A stretch of 64,000 nt of DNA from a virus, in IMG/VR virus record IMGVR_UViG_3300037042_006682, positions 1 to 64,000 of that record; one strand, given 5' to 3'. A model generated the notes under the pieces. The model had not been told where the DNA came from. It did no database searches and saw only the letters and a list, made by a program, of their open reading frames with translations. This document shows positions 18,418 through 27,401 of this stretch, piece by piece (the first letter of the stretch is position 1; every line of letters begins with the position of its first letter). Both the position numbers and the translations under genes were made by a program.

Positions 18418-18897
18418 TCAGCCGACGAGCGTGCCCTCTACCGTGATCATCACGCGCGCCGTCGCGGTGGTGTCCGCACTGGTCACCGTGCCATGCAGCG
18501 TCGCGTCGCCCGCGATGGCGGGCATGACCCCACTGACCGGCGCTAGGGGCAAGCTCTTGCCCGCCGCCGTAACGCCCGTCAGCGCCGTCGCCGCGAGGAG
18601 GTCCACCCCGCTGACCGTGGTGCCCACAGAGACCTCGGCATCGCCCGTCCCCGCGGTCAGGCCCGTCGCGATGATGCGCGAGGGCACGAACTTGCGCCCC
18701 TTCTCGCCCTTGAGGGTGAGCGTGAAGGCCCCGGTGCCGCCCGTAAGGACGCTGACCGCGACGGCCGCGACCTCGATGGCCATCTTGCCGCCCACGCTGG
18801 GGACCTCGAACAGCAGCTTCTCCGCCGCCGCCGTGGGGTCCGCGTCGTCGCTGAAGTGGTGCGTCGGGTTGAAGAAATTAAACTGCTTGTCTGGCAT
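18418..18897 (-). CDS. Hypothetical decoration-like structural protein
   Basis: AAGGAGG RBS; T/A/G-rich beta protein; N-terminus FNFFN resembles FLFFN of 16969..18363. Confidence 0.6.
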   Translation of the reverse strand: MPDKQFNFFNPTHHFSDDADPTAAAEKLLFEVPSVGGKMAIEVAAVAVSVLTGGTGAFTLTLKGEKGRKFVPSRIIATGLTAGTGDAEVSVGTTVSGVDLLAATALTGVTAAGKSLPLAPVSGVMPAIAGDATLHGTVTSADTTATARVMITVEGTLVG

Positions 18898-18934
18898 GGA
18901 TGCCTCCTTCGCCCCCGACGCCCGCGACGCCGGG

Positions 18935-19345
18935 TCAGTTGTCCGTGGGGGCCGGCACGAGCCGCCCCGAATCCTGCACCAAATACTCGTCCAGGCTTAC
19001 GCCCAGGCGCCCTTGGATGCGCTCCCGCAGCGCGTTGTACTCACCCCGGATCCGCTCGATCGACGCCGTGTTCTCCGTCTGCTGCTTGCGGAACTGGTCG
19101 CGCTTTTGCTGATACTCGATCATGAGCAGCTGCTCCTGCACCGCCAGCTTGTCCCGCACCGCCACGTTCATCTCGATGCGCGCCGTGTGCAACTCGAGCA
19201 GCGCCATCTCCTCGCCCGTCATGTACAGGGCCTCCGTCTCGGGGCTCTCGGGGCTCTCGGGAGTCTCGGAAGCCGCCGCTGCCGTCACTGCCTTCAACGC
19301 CTTCGCCGCGCGCCGCACACCCTTCTTCATCTCATCGCTCATCAC
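18935..19345 (-). CDS. Coiled-coil hypothetical protein
   Basis: AGGAGGAG RBS; short (PES/PET) repeat then coiled coil. Confidence 0.6.
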   Translation of the reverse strand: MMSDEMKKGVRRAAKALKAVTAAAASETPESPESPETEALYMTGEEMALLELHTARIEMNVAVRDKLAVQEQLLMIEYQQKRDQFRKQQTENTASIERIRGEYNALRERIQGRLGVSLDEYLVQDSGRLVPAPTDN

Positions 19346-19365
19346 AACGCTCCTCCTTCAGCTTG

Positions 19366-19797
19366 TCACATCTCAGCCATAGCCCGCTTCGTCAAAGGGC
19401 CGATCTCGCCCGTCAAAAATAACACGTCAACCGCGATCGGCGTACCAAATCGCTGGATAATTACCGCCCCAGCGTCCGACCAGGGACAGGTCTGCGTGGG
19501 GCGCCCATCAAGCCCCACCCACACGGGGCGCGCCGGATTCAGCCCTGCAAAGAGCCCGCGCACGAGCCCCACGCGCTGCATGATCCCCGTAGTCGGGGTA
19601 TCCTTGCGCACGAGCACGCCCAGGGCGGGCATACGCGCGTCCTGCGCGGGATCCGCCCGCGTCACGCGCCAGCGCCCCGTCCCCGTTGCCCCATCGCGCA
19701 GCGCTAAGCAATCCCCCACAGCATCACCTGCAAGGCAGGCCACTGGGATGGCCTCCTCCGCGTCGGTCCCAAAGCCGAAGCGCGCAACAACCGCCAC
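19366..19797 (-). CDS. Capsid cement/decoration-like protein
   Basis: RAD...MPALGV...GL.P..PVWVG.DG...IQRFG pattern similar to the C-terminal domain of 16969..18363. Confidence 0.5.
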   Translation of the reverse strand: MAVVARFGFGTDAEEAIPVACLAGDAVGDCLALRDGATGTGRWRVTRADPAQDARMPALGVLVRKDTPTTGIMQRVGLVRGLFAGLNPARPVWVGLDGRPTQTCPWSDAGAVIIQRFGTPIAVDVLFLTGEIGPLTKRAMAEM

Positions 19798-19821
19798 ACT
19801 GCGCCCCTGTCCGCGCCCGCC

Positions 19822-20325
19822 CTACGGCAGGCGGCGCTCCGGCGCGAAGTGCTCGCGCCGCTTGACATTGATCGTCCATGCCACCGTCGTGGGGGTGTCC
19901 AAGACGTTCCCACTTCTTCCCACCTTCACGACGTCCCAGTAGTGCTCGAACACCGCCACCACGTCGTCCTCCTTGGGAGTCGCGCCTGCGGGGGCCGCCT
20001 GCTCCCACGCGAGGGCCGCCACGCGCATAATCGCGTCGTACTCGACCTCCTGACCCTCCTCGCGCACGCTGGGCTCGCGGTTCTCGCTCTCCTGGTACTC
20101 GATCAGGCACACCACGTCGAAGGGCGCAAACCACCCCCACACCTCGCGGCCCGGCGCGGGCCCCCCACCATACACGGGATCGCTCGGCTCGTTGTAGAGC
20201 GCATCCACGTGGGCCCCCCGGTTCAAGCGGTAATACTCCGCCGTCGGGCCCGTCATGGCCTGCCGCTCGGCCTCCAGCTTCTTGAGGTAGGCCGCATCCT
20301 CCGCGCCCCGGCACTTGATCGGCAC
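19822..20325 (-). CDS. Putative neck/head-closure protein (gp14-like)
   Basis: YYRL...DALYNEP...PKEDDVV...WDVVKV; position in the head-neck block. Confidence 0.55.
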   Translation of the reverse strand: MPIKCRGAEDAAYLKKLEAERQAMTGPTAEYYRLNRGAHVDALYNEPSDPVYGGGPAPGREVWGWFAPFDVVCLIEYQESENREPSVREEGQEVEYDAIMRVAALAWEQAAPAGATPKEDDVVAVFEHYWDVVKVGRSGNVLDTPTTVAWTINVKRREHFAPERRLP

Positions 20326-20334
20326 GCCGTCCCC

Positions 20335-20790
20335 CTATGCGTCGATCAGGTCTTTGGCCAGCCCGGTAAGGCGCTGCACCACGTCCGGGCGATCCCGCAA
20401 CACCGCCGGCATCACGTGGACCGAATACTGCCCGTGCTCCGGCACCAGCATCAGTTGCACCTCGCCCGGCAACAACCAGATCAGGGCCGTGCTGTAGAGC
20501 ATCTCCGCCTGCTGCCCCGTGGGGAAGCGGAAGACCAGCTCGCCGTCCGCCCACTTGCCCTGCAGGTTGGGCATCGGCTTGGCCTGCACCAGCTTGTTGT
20601 CACCGTGCCAAAACTGGTCGCTCTGGGGCGCGCTCTCCAACTCCTGCAAGAGGCGACTTGGCCCGCCCCGTTCCGCGCGCTCCGCCGGGGCCACGCCAGC
20701 CCCTAACGCTGCCCGGACGTCCGGGGGCAGCGCCGCGTAGGTGGCCTCCACGTCGCCCATCCAATCATGCACCGGCAATACCATGGTCAC
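20335..20790 (-). CDS. Hypothetical protein
   Basis: 151-aa ORF, GAGGT RBS, palindrome motif upstream. Confidence 0.55.
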   Translation of the reverse strand: MTMVLPVHDWMGDVEATYAALPPDVRAALGAGVAPAERAERGGPSRLLQELESAPQSDQFWHGDNKLVQAKPMPNLQGKWADGELVFRFPTGQQAEMLYSTALIWLLPGEVQLMLVPEHGQYSVHVMPAVLRDRPDVVQRLTGLAKDLIDA

Positions 20791-20823
20791 ACCTCGCTCT
20801 GCGCATGCGCATGCGCAGCGTCG

Positions 20824-21534
20824 TCATCCCATAAAGAGCGGGATCGGCGGGGCCAGCTGGCGCGCCTTCTCCTCGCACTTGTCGATCAGTTGCTGCGCGT
20901 TGCTCAGCAGCGTGTCGCCGTTCATCGTCGTCGATCCGCTCGCCGTCGGGATCTCTGCAAACTTCGTGCGGATGTACCCGAGCGTCTCCATGGCCTGCGC
21001 CAACGCGTAGTCCAGGAGCAGCTGCTGCTCGTAGCCCTTGAGGTAGCTCAGCGCGATCGTCGACGCGAGGTAGAACACCATCACGCGCTCCCCGCTCGCC
21101 GGGGCCGGGCTCACGATCAGCTTGCGCCGCGCCCGGTCGTAGTCCCACGCGCGCTCCGCGCTCAACAGCCGCTTACCCATCTCTAGGTACTGCATGCGCT
21201 GCGCGATATCGACGTAACCCTGGTTGGGGGACAGCGCCATGAGGTCCGTCGCGTTCACCTCGACGCCCGCCCAGCGAAACATGTCAAAGAGGCTGTCGCT
21301 CTGCGCCTCGAACACGACCTCTACGGGGACCTCGCAGTCCGCGGGGAGGTCCACCTCCGACCCGTTGGTGAAGGTGATCACCGTCGCCTTCTGGTGCCCC
21401 ACCCACTGCTGGAGCCACAGGGAGGCCCGCATCACGGCATCCGCAAGTTGATCGTCGGTCAGCTCCACGCAGACCACGCCGTCGCCGAGCTTGCGCTTGA
21501 TGTAGTCGTGCACGGCCTGCTCGGTGAGTGCCAT
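20824..21534 (-). CDS. Neck/head-tail adaptor protein (T4 gp13-like)
   Basis: DYIKRKLG..VVCVELTDDQL...YALAQAMETLGYIRTKF..IP...TTMNGDTL. Confidence 0.8.
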   Translation of the reverse strand: MALTEQAVHDYIKRKLGDGVVCVELTDDQLADAVMRASLWLQQWVGHQKATVITFTNGSEVDLPADCEVPVEVVFEAQSDSLFDMFRWAGVEVNATDLMALSPNQGYVDIAQRMQYLEMGKRLLSAERAWDYDRARRKLIVSPAPASGERVMVFYLASTIALSYLKGYEQQLLLDYALAQAMETLGYIRTKFAEIPTASGSTTMNGDTLLSNAQQLIDKCEEKARQLAPPIPLFMG

Positions 21535-21543
21535 GGCGGTTCC

Positions 21544-22200
21544 TTATTGGGCGCCCAGTGCGTCCATCGCTGCGGCGGCATCGGACACGGCCCCCTCGGC
21601 CTCCGGGGCCTCCGCATCGGTCGCCTCTTCGGCATCCGCCTCCTCGTCCCCAGCCGCATCCGCCGCAGCCTGCGCCGCCTCGTCCGCGACCTTGGCCGCC
21701 TCATCGGCATACTTGCCCACGACGCCCATCACAGCCTGCTGAATGGCGTCCACAATGCCATAAAGATCCTCGGCCGGCGCGCCGCCCCGCTTGAGGGCAC
21801 CCATCGCCGCCTCGCCCACGGCCGCGAGCACGAGCTGCACGCCCTCCTCGCCGAACTGCGCCTGCGGGGAGACCGCCTGCTGAATGTCGGCCGGGAGATC
21901 CTCCGCCGAGACGGGGCTCTCCCCCTCCGGCGTCTCCTTCGCGCTCTGCTCGCGCAGCACCGCGCGATCCACCCAGAGGTGGCGCGGGACTTCCCCCTCG
22001 GGCGCGCGCGGCAGAAACAGGTAGACGTCCTCCCGAAAGAAGGCCGCCCCGTTGCCGCCCCGCACCACGAGACCCACAGGGGAGGACATCGCAACAATGC
22101 CCTCCGCTACGGGGTACCCGAGCCGTGTCACCACGGTTACACGCTCACCAGCCCCGAGCGTCGCCGCCGCCACGGCCCCATCCATGCGCCTGCGCCCCAT
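21544..22200 (-). CDS. Hypothetical protein, acidic Ala-rich C-terminus
   Basis: 218-aa ORF directly after the upstream stop. Confidence 0.55.
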   Translation of the reverse strand: MGRRRMDGAVAAATLGAGERVTVVTRLGYPVAEGIVAMSSPVGLVVRGGNGAAFFREDVYLFLPRAPEGEVPRHLWVDRAVLREQSAKETPEGESPVSAEDLPADIQQAVSPQAQFGEEGVQLVLAAVGEAAMGALKRGGAPAEDLYGIVDAIQQAVMGVVGKYADEAAKVADEAAQAAADAAGDEEADAEEATDAEAPEAEGAVSDAAAAMDALGAQ

Positions 22201-22203
22201 CGC

Positions 22204-22611
22204 TTATCCCCTACGCCGCACAGCCCGCACCGCGGCCTTCGCCAAGGGCGCCGCATCGCCACCCTCGCTCGGGGCATCGCCCTCCTCGCTCGGGGCATCG
22301 CCATCCTCGCTCGGGCTCCCCATCTCCTCACTGGGCGCAGCCTCAGGGGTGGGCATCGGGGGGGGCTCCGGGATCGGGGTAGGGGCCGGGACTGGCAGCG
22401 CCGCCTTGAACTGCGCCGCCGCGTCGAACACCTCGACCACGAGCCCCGCCTTGACCCACGCACTCAAATCGTGCTCCGTCTCCACCACCTCGCCAGGGCG
22501 GACGATCACGTCCTGCCGTACCGTCACCGCATAGGAGAGCCCCGGCCGCCGCTCCAGCACGTTTACGGCAAGCGCCTGCGCCTTGACCCCCTCCGCCAGC
22601 TTGTACTTCAT
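22204..22611 (-). CDS. Hypothetical protein with Pro-rich linker and PSE(E/D/G)GDA repeats
   Basis: GGAGGAGGAG RBS before ATG 22611 (MKYKLAEG...). Confidence 0.65.
   Translation of the reverse strand: MKYKLAEGVKAQALAVNVLERRPGLSYAVTVRQDVIVRPGEVVETEHDLSAWVKAGLVVEVFDAAAQFKAALPVPAPTPIPEPPPMPTPEAAPSEEMGSPSEDGDAPSEEGDAPSEGGDAAPLAKAAVRAVRRRG
22252..22335. repeat. 21-bp tandem repeat, about 3-4 imperfect copies (coding)
   Basis: gcatcgcc(a/c)(c/t)cctcgctcggg units encoding PSEEGDA. Confidence 0.7.
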
Positions 22612-22659
22612 CGCTGCTCCTCCTCCGTGCGGCCCCGCACGGGGCCTGCGTCTGGCCTC

Positions 22660-22688
22660 ACTATAGCCGCCCCCACGCGCCTTGTCTA
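22660..22688 (-). promoter_or_regulatory. Putative sigma70-type promoter TAGACA-N17-TATAGT
   Basis: Intergenic after the capsid gene, ~50 nt upstream of ATG 22611. Confidence 0.55.
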
Positions 22689-22782
22689 ACAAGCACACAG
22701 CGCTGCCGCGCCCCCGCGGGGGGGCGGGCACCCTGGCTGGATCGATCGAGGAGGATCACGCCGCAAGGGGCGTGCGGAGGGA

Positions 22783-24375
22783 TCAGAAGGTCGAGGAGAC
22801 GCTCGGGAGCCCGCTGACGGTCACGACACCGTAGTACTCCGGGCGGAGCAGCTTGGTGGCGAAGCGCGACGCGAAGCCCTTCTTGAACGTGAACGTGTGC
22901 GGATCCTGCCAGGTCGGGGTGACCTGCAGCGGGATGTACGGCGCGAACACGTAGCCCGCGTCGAGGAAGTTCGAGCCGCGGAGCCCGACGAGCACCTTGT
23001 TGTCGTCCAGGAACGGATCCTGGTAGACCGTGAACTTCCGCATCATGGTGCCGACCATCTGGATGCCGTAGTCGCTCGTGAGCGGGCCGTAGCTCGGCGG
23101 CACGATCTGGCTGGCGCCGTTATCGAAGTCGTGGTGCGACGTGAGCTGGCCGAGCAGCGACACGACGGCCGGACTGGCGACGATGAAGTTCGCCGGGGCG
23201 CGCAGTGTGGTCTTGTGGATCTTCGCGGCCACCGCGTCGATCTGGGTCAGCAGGGCGCGGATGCTCTCGATCTCCCCCGGCACCGTCGGGCTGTAGCTGT
23301 AGGTCGCCTGGTGGGCGGCGCCAGCCACGAGGTCCGTGATGACCTTGCGGTCGATTTCCAACGCGATCTCGTTGGAGAGGCCGGCGACCAGCTCGGCCTC
23401 CATGTTGAGGCCGTGGAGGGCCCGCAGGTCGTCCATGGCTTCCTGCGACCACGAGGCGCGCAGCTTGTAGGGCTCGGCCGTCACGGTCGACATGGCCATG
23501 TCCATGCTGATGCCCGGCACCGCGGCGCCGGAGGTCGTGTTCACGAGTTCCCAGTTCACGTAGTACTGGACGTACACAACGTGATTCGCACTGAAGTTGC
23601 AGGGCGCGCCCGCAGCGGTCTGGGGCGTCAGGGCCCAGGCGCCCGTGCTGGTTGTGAACGTCCCCACGGCGTGACCGTGGTTGTCCGTGAGGGTGGTGCT
23701 ACCACCCGTCGGATCGAGCGTGGCGACCTTGTTCTCGGCGCCCGCCTCGACCGTGCGGTAGTAGAGCTTCACCGAGAAGGTGCGCTGGCCGCTGGTGCCC
23801 GGCGTGCGGATCGGCTTCCAGGCCGGGATGCGGCAGTTGCCCGCGCCCTGGTTCAGGGTGCCGGTGGCCGCACCGGTATCCGTGCAGAGCACGTCGTAGT
23901 CCACGAACTCGGAGGCGTAGTTCTTCGCGAAGTTGCGGATGAGGGCGTCGCCCGCGCTCAGCTCGCCGTCGTAGCCCTGGCTGTAGGGGTAGTCCGTGAT
24001 GCCGTTGGCCGGGATCTTCGCGCCCTTGCGGCCCTCGTACTTGTAGTCCCAGGTGAAGACCGCGCCGACCGGGGCCGACAGCGGCTGGACCGACGTGATC
24101 TGGTTGGCGATCAGGTTGGGGAATACCCGGCGCAGAACCGGGAAGATGTACTTGGTGAACGAGCCGACGTTCGTGCTCAGCGCATCCTCGCTGAGGTTCT
24201 TCATGTACGTGGCCTGGTTCTCCAGGAGGATGGCGGCGACGCCCTTGGTGTAGGGGTTGCGCACGCCGTCGGTGCCCTCCAGCAACTGGCCCCACTTGCG
24301 GCTGAGCTGGGAGACGTAGGACTTGTCAGAGATGGTCTTGCCACCATTCTCGGTCAGGATGTTGCGAGCTTCCAT
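22783..24375 (-). CDS. Major capsid protein (T4 gp23-like)
   Basis: AILLENQ...IFPVLRRVFPNLIANQITSVQPLSAPVG...KLRASWSQEAMDDLRALHGLNMEAEL...EIALEIDR...DAGYVFAPYIPL. Confidence 0.95.
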   Translation of the reverse strand: MEARNILTENGGKTISDKSYVSQLSRKWGQLLEGTDGVRNPYTKGVAAILLENQATYMKNLSEDALSTNVGSFTKYIFPVLRRVFPNLIANQITSVQPLSAPVGAVFTWDYKYEGRKGAKIPANGITDYPYSQGYDGELSAGDALIRNFAKNYASEFVDYDVLCTDTGAATGTLNQGAGNCRIPAWKPIRTPGTSGQRTFSVKLYYRTVEAGAENKVATLDPTGGSTTLTDNHGHAVGTFTTSTGAWALTPQTAAGAPCNFSANHVVYVQYYVNWELVNTTSGAAVPGISMDMAMSTVTAEPYKLRASWSQEAMDDLRALHGLNMEAELVAGLSNEIALEIDRKVITDLVAGAAHQATYSYSPTVPGEIESIRALLTQIDAVAAKIHKTTLRAPANFIVASPAVVSLLGQLTSHHDFDNGASQIVPPSYGPLTSDYGIQMVGTMMRKFTVYQDPFLDDNKVLVGLRGSNFLDAGYVFAPYIPLQVTPTWQDPHTFTFKKGFASRFATKLLRPEYYGVVTVSGLPSVSSTF

Positions 24376-24436
24376 GGATCAGTTCCTCTCGTTGCGATCA
24401 AGGTCGTTGTTGCGATGCCGCGTCCCGCGCCCGCCC

Positions 24437-27202
24437 TCATGACAGGCCGGAAAGTTGCCGCATCGTTGCGGGGTCCAGGCCGAAGTCGGCCAAGTCGCCC
24501 GCGCCCGCCGTGCCTGCCCCGCGTGGGGCCACGGTCTCCTCCTCCAGCGTCGCCGGACGCCCCTGACCACGCGTCAACTGCGCGCGCATGCGCTCCAGCT
24601 GCCCGTCGCCCATCGTCGTCCGTCCCCGCTGCCGCACCAGCCGATCGACCTCATCTATGCTCGCAACACCCTCTAGCAACCCCATCAACTCGCGCCCGTT
24701 CGTCAACCCTGCGACGCTCTCGGCCTTGTACGCCGCGAGGTCTGCCGCGGCCCGCGCCTCGGCTAGATCCCGCTGTAGCGTGGCGACGCGCTGCTCGGAT
24801 CCCCGTGCGCGCGCCTCCAGGCCCTCGCCGCCTTCAACAGCCAGCTTCAACTGCATCTGCTTCTCGGCCAGTCTCTCGTGCAATTCCTGCGACTCCGCGA
24901 GGAGCCGCTTGCGCTCGCCCTCCCACCGCCGCGTGGCCTCGGCCAGCGGGTTGGGGGCAAGGGGGAGCTTCTCTAGCTGCCGCAGCACGCCACGCACGCG
25001 CGTACGCACCTCGGCCTCGTCTTCTAACAGCCCGGCGTCGGCCAGCAGCTCGCGCGCCATCGCCGCGTGCGGGTGCGTCCCCACGAGGCGCTCCGCGAGC
25101 AGCTGGAAGCCCGCCTCACGGGCCACCCCGCGATAGGCCTCCGCCTGCTCACGCAAGCCCGCGATCTCCGTGCGCTGCGCCTGCAGAGCCGCCGCCACGT
25201 GGTCCTCGGGGACCGCCGGCAGGTAGGGCCGCAGGAGCTGCGCCACCGTGGCCAGCACCGCGCCCGCACCGTCCGCCTCGGCCTCCTCCCGCAGCTCCGC
25301 GCGCACCTCGGCCCGCAGCCCCTGCAGGGCCTCGATGAGCCCGTGCTCGAAGCGCTCGCGCTCCTCCTCACGGGCCGCCGCCACGGCCGCCTCGACGTCC
25401 GTGCTCGCCGCCGCCTGGAGCGCCGCCTGCGCCTTCGCCAGGGCGCGCTCCATCAGCCCCTCCTCTAAAGCCGCCAGGGCCTCGGGGATCTGCGCCTGCA
25501 GGACGTCGGTCGCGTAGGGCGTGTTCACATCCTCATTGAAGATCTCGGGGTACGCCGTCTTCATCGCGGGGTCCGCCACGAAGTCCCAGGTCTTGAGATT
25601 GTAATCCTCGCATACGTCCTCGCCGTCCCCGCTCTCGCTCGGCTTCGTGCTCCCAAAGCCCCGCGAGCTGACGCCGATCTCCACCCCGTGGCGGATCAGC
25701 GCCGCAAGCGTACGGCCGTTCGGCGTATCGAGAATCTCCGCAGCCCCCAACACGAGCCCATCATCAGCGATGGATGCCTCGGTGATTAGGGCCGCCGCGC
25801 GCTGTAACATCGTCTTGCCATCGCTATTGCCCGTCCAGAACGCCTTACCCGCACGCTCCATGTAGAAGTTTCCGTGCATCACCGTCAGGCAGTAAATGTT
25901 GCCTTCGTGGTGGACCTCCTCGATGCCGAGGAAGCGCGGATCCAACCAGATATTCTCCGAGTTACTCAAGTGCAACTGGTACAGCGGCACCTTATTCTCG
26001 GCCTTGATCGTGTGCCCGGCGTACTCATAGTCCTTGTCCGGATCGATCCGCGACAGTGTCCCGGCCCCGCCATAGCGCACCGTGCACTCGTGTAGGTCAC
26101 GAATGAGGCGCTCGGAGACGGAAAAGACGTCCTTGCGCGAATAGGTCGCGTTCGACTCGCGAAGCGCCGTGGCCCACGCCTGTTTGTGCGTGATGCCTTG
26201 CTCCTCTAGCGCCGCGTCCTTCTTGTGCGCATTGACCATGCGCCCGTCGCCGATGCCGAACCAGAAGACCAGCTCACGCAGGGCGTCTGGCCCCAGAGCC
26301 TTGACGCCCTCGGGGATGTACCGTTCATAAGCGTTGCCAAGCCCCTTAAGATAAGTGTGGAAGCGCTTGTCCGTCATACGGAAACCCTTCTCATACTCAT
26401 CCCAGCGCAACTCGCTCGGGAACTTGTCCAGAATCTCGGCCTTCACGTACTCGCGCACCCACGGCGTCGTCAGGCTAATCACCACGCCATAACGACCGTT
26501 GTCCTCCGGCGTGCAGAACCCCTCAGCAAGGTAGATACCCATGAAGGCCGAGAACAAGTTGGCATCCATGCGCACGGGCTGCGTCACGTCGTTGTGGAAG
26601 CGGTTCCCGCCCTCTACGCTCGGGATGACGACCTCGGTCGGGGCCTCGACGCTATCCCACCGCGCCGTCTTCGGCACAGCATACTTTGCATACTTTCCGG
26701 GATCATCGGCAATCTCAGCAATCGTCGCGTAGTGTTCCTTGTCAGGATTCCCCTTGCGGGGCTTCTGCTGCAGCAAGAAACGATGCGCCGGAGTGAAAGT
26801 CGCATCAATCGATCGCCCCTGTACGTGGTAGGCAGGACCGCTATACGGCTGGTCCACGATGCCATCGACCGTCGAGAGCACCGCCTGGCCATCAATACGC
26901 GACCATACGCGATCGCCCACTGCCACATCGCGGAAGGCCTTCCATCCGCTGGCCGTAAGTACGCGGAAGTCATCCGAGGTCAAGCAGGGGTGGTCCAGCT
27001 CACTGAGCACGCGCCGCCGCTTGATGTTCTCCTGAAGCTTCTTGACCTCGCGCTCATAGATCGCACGGGAATAGCGCCGGCCATTCTGCGTCGGGGTGTC
27101 GTAGCGCCCAAACTCGCCGCGGGCCACGAGCTTGCCCGTGCCCTTGTCCTCGGTCAGGGTGAACGTCGTGGTGATCGTCTCAGTCAGCAGCTTGCCGCTC
27201 AT
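24437..27202 (-). CDS. Prohead maturation protease (T4 gp21-like) fused to a coiled-coil scaffold; contains 1 intein
   Basis: NGRRY...ELDHP|intein|S...EILDTPNG...GVSSRGFGS...DFVADPA, then ~350-aa Ala/Glu/Arg coiled coil. Confidence 0.9.
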   Translation of the reverse strand: MSGKLLTETITTTFTLTEDKGTGKLVARGEFGRYDTPTQNGRRYSRAIYEREVKKLQENIKRRRVLSELDHPCLTSDDFRVLTASGWKAFRDVAVGDRVWSRIDGQAVLSTVDGIVDQPYSGPAYHVQGRSIDATFTPAHRFLLQQKPRKGNPDKEHYATIAEIADDPGKYAKYAVPKTARWDSVEAPTEVVIPSVEGGNRFHNDVTQPVRMDANLFSAFMGIYLAEGFCTPEDNGRYGVVISLTTPWVREYVKAEILDKFPSELRWDEYEKGFRMTDKRFHTYLKGLGNAYERYIPEGVKALGPDALRELVFWFGIGDGRMVNAHKKDAALEEQGITHKQAWATALRESNATYSRKDVFSVSERLIRDLHECTVRYGGAGTLSRIDPDKDYEYAGHTIKAENKVPLYQLHLSNSENIWLDPRFLGIEEVHHEGNIYCLTVMHGNFYMERAGKAFWTGNSDGKTMLQRAAALITEASIADDGLVLGAAEILDTPNGRTLAALIRHGVEIGVSSRGFGSTKPSESGDGEDVCEDYNLKTWDFVADPAMKTAYPEIFNEDVNTPYATDVLQAQIPEALAALEEGLMERALAKAQAALQAAASTDVEAAVAAAREEERERFEHGLIEALQGLRAEVRAELREEAEADGAGAVLATVAQLLRPYLPAVPEDHVAAALQAQRTEIAGLREQAEAYRGVAREAGFQLLAERLVGTHPHAAMARELLADAGLLEDEAEVRTRVRGVLRQLEKLPLAPNPLAEATRRWEGERKRLLAESQELHERLAEKQMQLKLAVEGGEGLEARARGSEQRVATLQRDLAEARAAADLAAYKAESVAGLTNGRELMGLLEGVASIDEVDRLVRQRGRTTMGDGQLERMRAQLTRGQGRPATLEEETVAPRGAGTAGAGDLADFGLDPATMRQLSGLS
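25826..26986 (-). mobile_element. Intein (387 aa) with LAGLIDADG endonuclease in the prohead protease
   Basis: Starts CLTSDDFRVLTASGW, block B TPAHRF, GIYLAEG and FGIGDG motifs, ends YCLTV..GNF...WTGN|S. Confidence 0.9.
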
Positions 27203-27345
27203 CGCGTCCCCTTCTTCAGCCCGGCCTCGCGCCGGAGCGCCATCCGTACCACCTGCCCGAACCGCACTCGCCGGCTGGTCTTACGCGGCCCGCGGTCGGT
27301 CAAGCGAAGGGCACGGTCAGCGGGCCGCACTCCCATGAGCGCCAT
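27199..27345 (-). CDS. Possible small basic protein (48 aa)
   Basis: MALMGVRPADRALR...KKGTR; stop overlaps the protease ATG (ATGA). Confidence 0.35.
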   Translation of the reverse strand: MALMGVRPADRALRLTDRGPRKTSRRVRFGQVVRMALRREAGLKKGTR

Positions 27346-27401
27346 CCGCTGACCGGCCGTCCGTCCCTTCCACTGCGGGCCCTCTAACAGGCCAGCCCGC
27401 G

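Noticed and set aside
22700-22780. GC-rich hairpins after the capsid gene as a terminator or ncRNA
   Set aside because: No clear U-tract and such stems are expected at this GC content; not enough support
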